This document shows positions 26,170 through 38,030 of a DNA stretch of 38,030 nt, one piece after another; within the stretch, counting starts at the first letter, position 1, and every line of letters begins with the position of its first letter. The translations under genes were made by a program, and so were the position numbers. The notes under the pieces are model-generated. The model searched no databases, was not told the DNA's origin, and worked only from the letters and a program-made list of their open reading frames with translations. The DNA comes from Octopus bimaculoides (Eukaryota), in contig NC_068988.1 of the NCBI RefSeq assembly GCF_001194135.2, positions 68,388,945 to 68,426,974 of the forward strand, read 5' to 3'.

Positions 26170-26525
26170 GCTGTGTCTATGTATCTATACTGTGTTTATG
26201 TATCTATGTATCACCTTTTCTTTGAATCTACGTATCTACTGTCTCTCTCGTTTCTCTTTCTCATTCACTTCCTCTGTGTACCTCCTCTCTCTCTCGCTTT
26301 TAATCTCACAATGAGTATATGTATTAGCTTTCCTTTCGATTTATGTATTTACTTTTATTGGGATGTGATAAACATTTAAAAACACAAAACGAACACCGTC
26401 ACTATTCATTGTCTCTTTCACTCTCTCTATTTCTCTCCTACTCTCTCCCTTTCTCTCTCACTCTCTCTTTCTCTCTTACTTCCTGTCTGTCTACCTCTCT
26501 CTCGCTATACAACTCACTTCTTCCT
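26170..26525. repeat. Degenerate (CTAT)/(CT)n pyrimidine-rich low-complexity region
   Basis: Directly visible. Confidence 0.8.
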
Positions 26526-26595
26526 TTGAAGTAAGTGTGACACACACCACAGGTTTGTACAAAAACAAACAAAACTATGCATTTTAATCTCATTG

Positions 26596-26663
<68 letters not shown>
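26596..26663. repeat. (AAT)n microsatellite
   Basis: Directly visible. Confidence 0.98.
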
Positions 26664-26665
<2 letters not shown>

Positions 26666-27678
26666 ACCGGGGAAGTTTAAGAACACCGGGGAAGTTTAAC
26701 ATGTGNNNNNNNNNNNNNNNNNNNNNNNNNNNNNNNNNNNNNNNNNNNNNNNNNNNNNNNNNNNNNNNNNNNNNNNNNNNNNNNNNNNNNNNNNNNNNNN
26801 NNNNNNNNNNNNNNNNNNNNNNNNNNNNNNNNNNNNNNNNNNNNNNNNNNNNNNNNNNNNNNNNNNNNNNNNNNNNNNNNNNNNNNNNNNNNNNNNNNNN
26901 NNNNNNNNNNNNNNNNNNNNNNNNNNNNNNNNNNNNNNNNNNNNNNNNNNNNNNNNNNNNNNNNNNNNNNNNNNNNNNNNNNNNNNNNNNNNNNNNNNNN
27001 NNNNNNNNNNNNNNNNNNNNNNNNNNNNNNNNNNNNNNNNNNNNNNNNNNNNNNNNNNNNNNNNNNNNNNNNNNNNNNNNNNNNNNNNNNNNNNNNNNNN
27101 NNNNNNNNNNNNNNNNNNNNNNNNNNNNNNNNNNNNNNNNNNNNNNNNNNNNNNNNNNNNNNNNNNNNNNNNNNNNNNNNNNNNNNNNNNNNNNNNNNNN
27201 NNNNNNNNNNNNNNNNNNNNNNNNNNNNNNNNNNNNNNNNNNNNNNNNNNNNNNNNNNNNNNNNNNNNNNNNNNNNNNNNNNNNNNNNNNNNNNNNNNNN
27301 NNNNNNNNNNNNNNNNNNNNNNNNNNNNNNNNNNNNNNNNNNNNNNNNNNNNNNNNNNNNNNNNNNNNNNNNNNNNNNNNNNNNNNNNNNNNNNNNNNNN
27401 NNNNNNNNNNNNNNNNNNNNNNNNNNNNNNNNNNNNNNNNNNNNNNNNNNNNNNNNNNNNNNNNNNNNNNNNNNNNNNNNNNNNNATAACAAAAACACCA
27501 GGACTTACAAATATATATAACATACAGAAAATTGCACTACTGGGTACTGCACACATTCTACGCAAAACACTTTCAATACAGTAAACATAAGAGCACCACA
27601 GCAAACCACAGCACATACCCAAGGCGCACAGAGCTGCGCTCGGTAGTGAAGTGAAAGCACGTTATAAAAATAAAACTA

Positions 27679-27681
<3 letters not shown>
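26664..27681 (+). mobile_element. Second R4/Dong-like retrotransposon fragment, mostly hidden by N-gap 26706-27485
   Basis: 27486-27584 translates ITKTPGLTNIYNIQKIALLGTAHILRKTLSIQ*, homologous to the 23400 copy. A 97-nt 3'UTR then runs into (AAT)n, and (AAT)n also lies upstream of the gap. The 5' limit is inferred. Confidence 0.8.
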
Positions 27682-27753
<72 letters not shown>

Positions 27754-27790
27754 AAGAAGAAGAAGAAGAAGAAGAAGAAGAAGAAGAAGA
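27682..27790. repeat. (AAT)n-(AAG)n compound microsatellite
   Basis: Directly visible. Confidence 0.98.
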
Positions 27791-30700
27791 AAAGTTTATT
27801 GATCCAAGTTCATGGCCAGCCATCTTTGAGGTGAAGTGTTCGTCGAGAACGTTGACACATAATTTTCTGGTATTTCTTGAAATCAACTTTGAAAACTAAA
27901 GGACTAAGTTATCCAATGTCGTTCTACAATATTTTGCAGCTGATTCAGTTTCTGCTAAAAAAAAAATCAATTATTGCAAGTACAATAAATAATAACGACG
28001 TTGACACTTTAATTGCTCTAGGAAGTAAAGAAAATATATTCGCACCTCTTTGCTATTAATATTAAATTGCTTAATCTACGTCTTCTGTTGTTTAGTATAA
28101 TATATCAATTTCTCATTTCCTTTTAATAGAATTACGAACATATGATATTAATAGTCTTAAATCTTATATTATGAAAGCTACGCCTAGAACAGGTAGCTGA
28201 ATCTGAAACGTGTACTTTTAACTGCTGTCTATGAGGTAGCGATATCTAGTGCGTCACTGCAAATTGATCGTTCTATTGTTTTTTTTGTTTTTTTTAATTA
28301 ATATTAACTGCCTATGAAAACACTTTTAAAATATCATCCTCCGATTGCACGAAATGACAGGCATTATTGAAAGAATCAGAGTGTAATGTGGGCAGTAAAT
28401 TACTAAACATATAAAATTATTTATAGATCATGAAGCTCTTCTGTTTTCAAAAAGCGGTGTTATAGGTTAAATATAGTTAACTGATACATTAATGATACGC
28501 GTTGTCTTTCCACTTATGCATAATCCTAGTAGAGGATCCACTATTGCTAATGCTTTCTCCAGAATTTGCTTTGATCCTTCAGTTTTGTCTCTTTTTCAGC
28601 ATATACAACATATTGGCGTTAGTTGGCTTCAAAACAAAACTCGTAACCTTTCAGCAGAATTGATATAAAATGCGCACTATTGCATTTTAATATCGATATC
28701 AAACTACACCTTGTTATACCCAAATTGGGCCCAGATAACACATTTCACTCAACTGTTAGAAAATGTATCAGTTGAATTCATGCGCAAAATTTAGTACATT
28801 CTGATTATCTGTGATGACTTTCCCATTTTCAAACTTGCATATCTATATCTCCATATCAGAGTTGCTACTAATGAAAGATAAATTATCATCAATTTTTTTG
28901 CGTCAACTGGATATTCTGCTTCTGTATATATTGACTGATAATCTCAGTTTGTATACTTGATATGTTTTATTTTTTCATCAAATTGTGTGTGCTATTACAG
29001 TTGTCCGTATAACCCCCAGAGAAAGGCTCATCGTGAGCCCCTTAATAATACATTGTGAAAGTCTTGCATACTGAAAAGTTTCATATATCAAATTGGGAGT
29101 TACTTTTCGTGGGAGTTTTATTTTCACTAATGACAACTAAGTGCACACTGCATGAAAGTACTTTTTTCAAAACTTATTAACAAATAGATGAAAATAAATC
29201 TTTTTGGATTATGGAAGTTAAATAATTTCACAAAACGATAATTTAGATTAAGTATTGCAGTTAGTAGAAATCAATCCGTATCATGCAACTGTTAGATGTA
29301 ACGAAAGATGAAAACAATACCGTATGCTGAGGTTCAGCAACGTGACTTTAAGCTTCATACATTAGCAGATAATATTTTAACCTTAATGTAGTATGTTTCG
29401 TATTCTACTCAAAGCGTCGGTTTCTAAACTGTGTGGAATATTGAGAAATAAAAAAATAATTATGTGAATACATAGTAATGTTAAGCATGGTCCCTGTCAC
29501 GCAGCTATTGCGTCGGCTCGACAGCAAAATAGAAAAAGATGACAGGAACGGTGGCAGATTTGAATCGTGGATAAACTTATACAAGTAATTCGTGTGTACG
29601 CAACAAATAGAAATATTATTGTGAAGATGATAATTATGTTCTGTGGATGTTCCCCTGTTGAACCATTATAAATAAATTTATAATAAAGTACATGTACTAT
29701 TACAGTGACGATAAAATCATTATGAGAGTTTACTTTTATTTAATGTTAATAAGCTTTTAATAGAATGTTGTTTCAAAGCAAGAAATGTGGTGTTTACTTT
29801 TTATGATGGGATCCTGTTGGAATACATTTGCCAGTACCATATGGAGTTGGGAAGAAATGGCATAAAGACCCTATGACTTATTGGGTTATTCTCAGATCGG
29901 GAACTTCTTTTGTGTGTTAACAAGCGACAGATTAGCATGCCCACATGTATGTATATTGTGAGAGGGGTGGGTATTCTACCAGCATAGGGGATATTCAGCA
30001 TAATATATCAAACAAGTTTGCACACCACTTTTATCTATCCTATTACATTTACAACTTCTGGTGGATCAAGTATTAACACAAAGTGAGATATAATCAGAAG
30101 TCATGGTACTGTGAAACGAACCTCTAATCACAGAGGCATATCTTTAATAGCTCGTAATGCTACTGATATTTTGAAATATATTTATGCTTGTATCTTCTAC
30201 TTTTAGAGACACGACGACTATACAATGACTGTAATGCTGTTATAGCCTTAATATAAACTTTGTTAATACTAGGTACTGAATACCTAAATCTATATTTGAG
30301 CTTATTCGTCATTTTTATTTGAAAAATGTAGCTGGGCTTGGAGAAATTTCAAATACACAAGGCTCGAACGCAGCACATATTCTTCATCCAATCCCTTTTG
30401 TTTTATCACTTCTCTTCACTCCCAATCATGTTAATCAGTTGGATTCGCTGGTAAAAGCACAGCAATGTAAACCTCTAATACCTTATGACCACCCACACAC
30501 ATTGTAACCTTTCAGTGACCAAGTAATTAACATCGAACCGGTAATTAGCATCAAATCGGACAAAATTAAATTAATATTTATAATCATCTACTGTGTTTTA
30601 TTAAGTTTGAAGTGAAGCGATTAGTTGAAACTATTTCGGTCTTTTGTAAGAAATTATCCACAACACTAGAAGACGAAGGTTCTTGGAAATGAAGCCCTTT

Positions 30701-32639
30701 AACTAGTCCCCAGCCGTAAAATGTTTTACAGTTAAAGCCCCACTGTCATAAAGAATGAAGGACACAAGGATTAATGCAGTCCTTGGTACGATAGCAACCA
30801 CAAACTAAAAGGCTCTGTTTGATATAATTTATTCCATACAGAACAAGCAATAGAAAATTTACTTGATTTCTCGGTATACTAGAAGAAAAAAAACGACCCT
30901 AAATCTCTCAAGTCATACCCTATCGTTTAATGAAAGTAAGGTTATTTTGGACAAAGTAGATGAAAAAAAGATACACCAAAAAGAATGAGATGATCATAAC
31001 AGGGACGCTTTGGTTCATGGATCTGATCCATCAGGGACTTAAAGCTAAGCAACAATCAACATGAAGTTAAACTTTAGTACCCCACCCATCTGCATATCAG
31101 TGTCAACACTTCGAAAGAAGAGGTACGAAAGGTACAAGAGGCAATGAGATATAGTTATAGGTATCGAACACCGATCCATGACTCGGTTCCTTGGGTTTTT
31201 AGTATCTCCCGTTGCACATGTTTGATATACTCCTAAAAGTATTTATTCAGTTATTTCTGATGAATGAGGTCGACATTCATGATAGTACTGTAAACACTAA
31301 TCTCACTATAGATCAGAAAAGCAAAAAGAAATCATCCAGTAATAATTTTTTCATATGGTGTTATTATTTAGTTTTATTTCAATATTTTTTGCTAATAGAG
31401 AAAGAGTCGGTTTCTAACCTAGACCCAAGGGCCCTTGGAATTTAACATCAACATGGTATCTGTGCATGTTTGTGTGTATGTGTTCAGTATTTTGGAATCA
31501 GTGCATGTGCAGATCTGTATGTTTTTATGTATGTATCATCATGCAGATAGTTGTATGTCCAGACATAAGTATATGTACTTAAATGCTTTGTAAATATTCT
31601 GGAAAGTCTTACAAATTTATATTGTTTCATTGATGGCTAGAAACTGTAATCTTCGAATCAGCTTTCTCCTTCCTGGATTTAAGAAGCCTAATTTCTCAAG
31701 ATTGGTGCTTTGTCAGTTTGTTACGTATCCCAGTGCCCTGATAATTACAGGTATAAGCATGAACTTGTAATCAGTATATAATGTATGCGTGTATACATAC
31801 ATACATATATTTATATATATATATATATACTGTGGTTTCTGCCAGGTTGAATTTGTGCATAAGTCTTTCTTTTATTACAAATATAATTTGTAATAGTTTT
31901 ATGCTTCGGTGCAAGATAGATTTACCTTCCTCTTCAAATTAAGCACTTTTCCCATAAAATTTAGCACTTCTTCTGTGAGCTATTGAAACAATACGCAAAT
32001 AAGCACTTCGTGTTGATTCCGTGATATATGATCTTTCATGATTGTTAGAACCAGCATTGTAAAATGCGATGACAAACAGTGCGTGTAACATAACGTCACT
32101 TAATACCTACCAGATACAGCATGAATTGTACATTGTTTCCGGAACATTATTTTCCACTGTTTGAGGGGCAATTTGGTTTATCGTTGCAGGTCTATTGTCC
32201 CTATCGCAGAACCCATTCGCATCTGTTCAGATATTTCCAGTTAAAAGTGCTATTATTATTCAAAGACTTTGTGCTTAGATGAAACGTCTTCCATTTTTTG
32301 TGCAAGGACGTTAGCGGTGCCTTCTGGATATTTACCGAAAACTATTACCTCATAAATTAAATAGTTCTGGAGCTGGAACCCGGATAACAACAGAAGTGAC
32401 TAAAAATATTAAATAGGGATAATTAATGACAGAACTTTCCATAATGGGATAGTTTGCTTCCTCCAGTATATTTGTGATATTTGGCATACACCCGAACACA
32501 ATTCTGGTGAACACTTTTCCAGGATTCAATACGCCATTCATATAGTATTCATATTTCAAAACGTTTCAAGTCAGAATCTGATTACACACGTTACTGAGGT
32601 ATCACAAACTATGCATGAGTGCAAGCCCGCATGCACAGA

Positions 32640-32840
32640 CTCGCGCGCACACATACATACTCACACACACACAAAAACACACATACAGATCACACACACA
32701 TACATACATTTCTAAATGCATATATAAGCTATAATTATATAGATATAGTGCGAATTATTACTTATAGCCATCCATCTATTCATCCATCCATCCATCCATA
32801 CATCCATCCATCCATCCATCCATCTATCTATCTATCTATC

Positions 32841-32870
<30 letters not shown>
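32640..32870. repeat. (CA)n and (CCAT)n-(CTAT)n microsatellites
   Basis: Directly visible. Confidence 0.93.
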
Positions 32871-32872
<2 letters not shown>

Positions 32873-33229
32873 ATCAACCCCAGAGTGACAATTTTATCAA
32901 AAGCATGTCTCAAGATTCACTGACATCCGAAATGTTTTAAACTAATATGCAGGGAATGGAATAAGTAAATTATGTATTATGACTTTTAGAATTGTTTCCT
33001 AATATCAAAGAATCGGATGCAATATATATTAATGACAGATAATAAATAAAAAAAGAAATGAATATATCATTACCTAATATAGCAACAATCATGATATGGA
33101 ATTCGAATGAAACAATAGTAAATTGATGATATAAAGGATCTGTTCGGTCATTTCATCTCGTTTATAATTTTATATCTAAGTGCAATTATATGTGTGTTTC
33201 TCTACAAATATGTAAATGTGTTTAGAAAA

Positions 33230-33425
33230 ATGGCTAAGAGATGGAATACCAAACTGACAGGACTGAAAGCACATCCGGTAAAAATAGAGGAGGAGGACCA
33301 AAAAGATTTTAGAATGAAGACATTGCGAAAATCTTCGGCACCCAAACATGGGTGCACACAACATCAGATACTGGTTCGTAGAGAAAATATGTTGAGGCCT
33401 TCGTTCAAGAGTGGAATAAACATGT
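33230..33425 (+). mobile_element. RTE-clade LINE extreme 3' end, degenerate
   Basis: With frameshifts reads RWNTKLT...HP.KNRGGGPKRF*NEDIAKIFG...EAFVQEWNK, matching the RTE C-terminal pattern RWT..vtew.P..gKR.RGRP..RW.DD...EAFVQQW. Confidence 0.7.
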
Positions 33426-33496
33426 ACGCGGGTGAACTATGTCTGTATGTACATATGTACACCGTTTTAAAACTTATGTATTAAAATGAATAATGT

Positions 33497-33800
<304 letters not shown>

Positions 33801-33895
33801 AAGTCAGTAAATAGTGGGGTTGTGTTAACCGCACGTGGAGAAATAATAGGAAAATGTAAAAAAGCCAGAATGTGGAACTGGGAGCATAATTTAAT

Positions 33896-33992
33896 GAAGG
33901 TACCACGAAGTGGGACTGAGCCTGGATCCTGTGGTTGGTAAGCCTGTGGTTGGTAAGCATGCTACTTACCACACAGTCACTCTTGCGCCTAC
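33896..33992 (-). mobile_element. SINE family B 5' (tRNA-like) head with an internal 15-bp tandem duplication
   Basis: Reverse complement taggcgcaagagtgactgtgtggtaag...ccaggctcagtcccacttcgtggtacctt has A-box and B-box-like motifs; cctgtggttggtaag occurs twice (33928-33957). Confidence 0.75.
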
Positions 33993-34080
33993 ATATATGT
34001 ATGTATGCATGTATGTATGAATGTATGTATGCACGCATGTATGTTTGTATGTGTAATATATGTGTATATTAATATATATA

Positions 34081-34545
34081 TATTTTTAACAATAACGTAA
34101 AAGCGGTGTTATTGTATGGGGCTGAAACATGGTGAACAGCAGTTAAGTCAAATAAGCAAATACAATCATTCATAAACAGATGCTCGCGTAGTCTACTTAA
34201 AATCAGATGGCCCGAACACATAAGCAATATGGAGCTATGGCAAAGAACGAATCAAGTTCCGGTTAGAAAACAAATATTTAAGAGAAAGTGGAAGTGAATT
34301 GATAGCACAATTAGAAAGGACACACCAAATGCAGCAAAAAGCGCTTTACAGTGGAATCCAGATGCACATAGAAAGAGGGGTAGGCAGAAGAACTCCTGGC
34401 GTAGATCAACACAAAAGGAACTAGAGAAAGGAGGACTTTCATGGCATAGTATAATTACAGAAAAAATTATGCGATATGGAATTCAGTTATAAGTGGCCTA
34501 TACTCCGGGTTGGGTTGTTAAAGGCAAGAAAGAAAAGAAAAGAAG
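34081..34545 (+). mobile_element. RTE-clade LINE 3' fragment (post-RT domain), pseudogenised
   Basis: Single frame IFNNNVKAVLLYGAETW*TAVKSNKQIQSFINRCSRSLLKIRWPEHISNMELWQRTNQVP...KRKWK*I..TIRK...ALQWNP...RKRGRQKNSWRR is the classic RTE-1/SR2-like C-terminus with two in-frame stops. Ends in short AAGAA repeats. Confidence 0.92.
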
Positions 34546-34551
34546 TATATA

Positions 34552-35438
34552 NNNNNNNNNNNNNNNNNNNNNNNNNNNNNNNNNNNNNNNNNNNNNNNNN
34601 NNNNNNNNNNNNNNNNNNNNNNNNNNNNNNNNNNNNNNNNNNNNNNNNNNNNNNNNNNNNNNNNNNNNNNNNNNNNNNNNNNNNNNNNNNNNNNNNNNNN
34701 NNNNNNNNNNNNNNNNNNNNNNNNNNNNNNNNNNNNNNNNNNNNNNNNNNNNNNNNNNNNNNNNNNNNNNNNNNNNNNNNNNNNNNNNNNNNNNNNNNNN
34801 NNNNNNNNNNNNNNNNNNNNNNNNNNNNNNNNNNNNNNNNNNNNNNNNNNNNNNNNNNNNNNNNNNNNNNNNNNNNNNNNNNNNNNNNNNNNNNNNNNNN
34901 NNNNNNNNNNNNNNNNNNNNNNNNNNNNNNNNNNNNNNNNNNNNNNNNNNNNNNNNNNNNNNNNNNNNNNNNNNNNNNNNNNNNNNNNNNNNNNNNNNNN
35001 NNNNNNNNNNNNNNNNNNNNNNNNNNNNNNNNNNNNNNNNNNNNNNNNNNNNNNNNNNNNNNNNNNNNNNNNNNNNNNNNNNNNNNNNNNNNNNNNNNNN
35101 NNNNNNNNNNNNNNNNNNNNNNNNNNNNNNNNNNNNNNNNNNNNNNNNNNNNNNNNNNNNNNNNNNNNNNNNNNNNNNNNNNNNNNNNNNNNNNNNNNNN
35201 NNNNNNNNNNNNNNNNNNNNNNNNNNNNNNNNNNNNNNNNNNNNNNNNNNNNNNNNNNNNNNNNNNNNNNNNNNNNNNNNNNNNNNNNNNNNNNNNNNNN
35301 NNNNNNNNNNNNNNNNNNNNNNNNNNNNNNNNNNNNNNNNNNNNNNNNNNNNNNNNNNNNNNNNNNNNNNNNNNNNNNNNNNNNNNNNNNNNNNNNNNNN
35401 NNNNNNNNNNNNNNNNNNNNNNNNNNNNNNNNNNNNNN
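34552..35438. other. Assembly gap
   Basis: Run of N. Confidence 0.99.
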
Positions 35439-35556
35439 TATAAGATTGACCAGTGACCGGTCTGTCAAAATGCTAGATGAAGCTCACTTAAAAACATTCT
35501 CAAATACGTGAGCTTCTTCTAGCATTTTGACAGACCGGTCACTGGTCAATCTTATA
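35439..35556. repeat. Near-perfect foldback (49-bp arms, 20-nt spacer); MITE-like
   Basis: Arms 35439-35487 and 35508-35556 are reverse complements with one mismatch (35478/35517); TATA at both termini. Confidence 0.9.
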
Positions 35557-35774
35557 TACACAAGTACGATAATCTTTTTAGGATCTCCAAAAAATTTTTT
35601 GAAGAACCTTCTGATTCTTTTAATGTGCTAGTTTCCTGGTATTAAATTGATATTAATTAATATCGTTTTTTTACCATATTATGTTAATTAATTATATATA
35701 TATATATGTATATGTGTGTGTGTGTTTGGGGGTATGTTGTGGTCTCTGTGACTCAGTAGTACAGTAGGCATGTT

Positions 35775-36225
35775 GCTGGCTTCTGTTTGTTCCGGGGGCC
35801 CTTATCGCGGCTTCAGTTTCTTCTTGCATTTTTGGATATCCACCGTCATTCAAAGATCCCTGCACATTCATTATCGTTATGTCTACAACGCTCTGATAAT
35901 TTCTAGTGTTCTGAACATCCCTCTTTGCTCCTTACCATTATTACTTTTCCCTTCTTCCGGAAGCTCTTTTACTTCTGTTTTAGATAATGCTTACTTTAAG
36001 AGGACTTTTAATTGTTTGAATGAGTTTAAAGTGATTCTTCCATAATCTCATATTATTCAGCGACTTATCTTTCTGATGTATCCTGTATTTCCGTTACAAT
36101 TTTCCTATTAATGTTCGTATACTTATTTGTTACTTCTCTTGTGCGCTGATCGTTCTTTAGTTCCCTTCTTTATCACACATACCCGATACTTTCTTTGTGA
36201 TGAATGGTTTAGCTTTACAACCACC
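35775..36225 (-). mobile_element. RTE-clade LINE internal fragment (linker between endonuclease and RT), decayed
   Basis: Frameshifted translation KPFITKKVSGMCDK.REL...Y.NINRKI...EETEAAIR..APGT matches the RTE pattern KPWIT..IL.LCDKRRELK...Y..INK.I...EEVEAA..LK.GKAPG. Confidence 0.7.
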
Positions 36226-37120
36226 TGAGAAAAGATTAACAGACTTGTGAATGACTGTCACCCTAGACCAAGTCGCTGATCATTCTCCGTTTTAACTAAT
36301 CCAGTACAACTGTGCCTGAAATATCATACCATCAGCTACGTAATAAGGTAATATTCAGAATCTTTCTTCGTTGAGTGAAACCAAAGGGCAGACAAGACCA
36401 CAGCCAAAGAAAACTCTGCCATCTATAAAAGTGGTTGCGCTAATGAACAGATTTTCAACTTCTGCAACCTTGAGGGCGAAATATCATGACACCAAAAGAA
36501 GAGATTATTCATAGATTGTTTAAAGGCGTTTTACAGTTCGCTCGGATCATTGTTCGGAAATTGAAAAATGTCGCCATAGACCAGAAGCTGACCTGGTGTA
36601 TTCAATAAATTCACACCAAAGCAACTCGGAAAATAACGACAAAATGTTCCATTCTGCTGTAGGAGGCCACCCATGCTGTCCAAACCCGTCTATTATCCTC
36701 AGCTTCTTGGTGCAGATAATTAACAATGCCTTCGATAATTATGTGTATACAGTCAGCTTTGCAGCGGGGACCATCGCAAACTTAAGATTTGATGGGCTGC
36801 GAGTAAAAGATAATATAAACTAATTAAATTAGTCAATTACATTGATGAAATTTAGTTCGAAATCATTTACGTTCTAAGCTTACCTAACTCAAAAGATAGA
36901 AATATCACTAAAATATTTACGCCAATCCTTAAGAGAACATGAAGAGGGGGAGGAGAGATGAGAAAACAACGTCGAGCAAAAAAGGCAAATCGTTAACCAA
37001 GACAGGGACTACGAAAACAAACAACAACAACGGCAAGAAATTACACTGTAATATGTCACAATGGAGCTGCAAAGGTCCTCCTGAAAGGTGAGGACACAGT
37101 ACAAAGCAAGTCTCTAGTGC

Positions 37121-37169
<49 letters not shown>
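37121..37169. repeat. (TA)n microsatellite
   Basis: Directly visible. Confidence 0.97.
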
Positions 37170-37170
<1 letters not shown>

Positions 37171-37455
37171 GTAATCTGATCATTAAGTATACGGATTGTT
37201 GACATAGTAACGAAGCTATATCACGTAGAGTAACGCTAGTTGAAACAGAATGGTCTGGTGCTCTGCTATGCACGAGCACTAAATTTTAATGTTCTAGCTC
37301 ATTTCCGCAAGTTACAGCAGTGCTTGGAATGAAAGTGTGTAACGTGTGATCTTCGCAATGATGATGACAGAGAAAGTTGAGCAGAGATTCTGCATCAAAT
37401 TTTGCCAAATTCTTGACGATACTTGCTCAGAGACCTACGCGAAGTTTTCAAAAAG
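37170..37455 (+). mobile_element. 5' end of an irritans-like mariner: left TIR, 5'UTR and transposase N-terminus
   Basis: After TA, TIR-like cgtaatctgatcattaagtatacggattg. MTEKVEQRFCIKFCQILDDTCSETYAK matches the EQRxCIKFC N-terminus of mariner transposases. No right TIR seen. Confidence 0.75.
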
Positions 37456-37720
37456 GTTTCACCCTGTCTCAACACAATCAAGGAGATCTTGGGCAATTGA
37501 AACCCAAATATCTTCTTGGTCAGCTGAAAGCAGTTTTGACACAAACGTGGGACGAGCCGTTTTAACGATGCGTCCTGCCCGAAGCTCGTCGAAACGCCGG
37601 TGTTAAAACGTGGGTAGCTGATGAAGTAGAATGTTCTCTATGTGGCTCGTGTGTTCTCGTCTACGTTTGTTTGCAATGTCCTGTACCCAGATATGCACCT
37701 ATACATACAGGTGGATGTCG
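37450..37720 (+). mobile_element. Possible Penelope-like terminal remnant
   Basis: Partial hammerhead core motifs (gaaacgccggtgtt and ctgatgaag) followed by a T-rich tail; similarity by eye only. Confidence 0.3.
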
Positions 37721-37869
37721 GTATGCACATACCTGTACGTATATATGCATATACTCATTTACTATTTGTTTTTACATGATTGAACGCAGCGTCTCACAAA
37801 AATTGTAAGTAGTTTTCGTAAACTTATCCTCCAACGCTACTCTATCTCTTTCTCTTTCCTTTCTCCTTC

Positions 37870-38030
37870 CCCCCCCTCGTTCTTCCTCTGTACTACTACG
37901 TATCTCGCCTTACCCCTCTTGTTCTTCATCTGTTACTACTACGTATCTCCTTTTCCCCCTCGTATTTCCTCTCTTTCTCCTTTCCTCTCGTTGCTCACCT
38001 ATTCTTCTACTTCCTCCCTCTGTTTCTCCC
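37870..38030 (+). repeat. Degenerate pyrimidine-rich minisatellite with about 42-bp unit
   Basis: cccctc..gttcttc.tctg.tactactacgtatctc occurs twice, with a partial third unit. Confidence 0.75.

Noticed and set aside
28760-28860. Minus-strand KFENGKVITDNQNVLNFAHEFN, LINE-like
   Set aside because: A single short motif with stops; plausible relic but unsupported.
30110-30180. SNHRGISLIA, like the RT NYRGISL motif
   Set aside because: Isolated motif without collinear flanking RT sequence.
31633-31756. Open frame ending FVTYPSALIITG|gtataa, superficially SLC6-like
   Set aside because: Only a short match, and no other exons of such a gene are recognisable.
36596-36823. NNDKMFHS...PNPSIILSFL, MULE transposase-like
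   Set aside because: Resemblance too weak to call without an HMM search.

Overview
AT-rich, microsatellite-saturated eukaryotic genomic DNA from a draft assembly with five N-gaps. The SINE families and repeat style best fit an octopus (coleoid cephalopod); this is inferred from recognition, not from a database search. I recognise no intact protein-coding gene, and nearly all ORFs in the track are translations of microsatellites or N-gaps. The window is probably intergenic or part of a large intron. It holds decayed mobile elements: about 11 tRNA-type SINE copies from three families, three RTE-clade LINE fragments, two R4/Dong-like LINE 3' ends inside (AAT)n tracts, two mariner relics, a hAT-like MITE, a near-perfect 118-bp foldback and Penelope-like remnants. 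The most interesting signals are a minimal hammerhead-ribozyme-like motif (5241-5300), apparent (TAA)n targeting by the two R4/Dong elements with similarly placed 3'UTR stem-loops, and dsRNA-forming structures that could be ADAR substrates.
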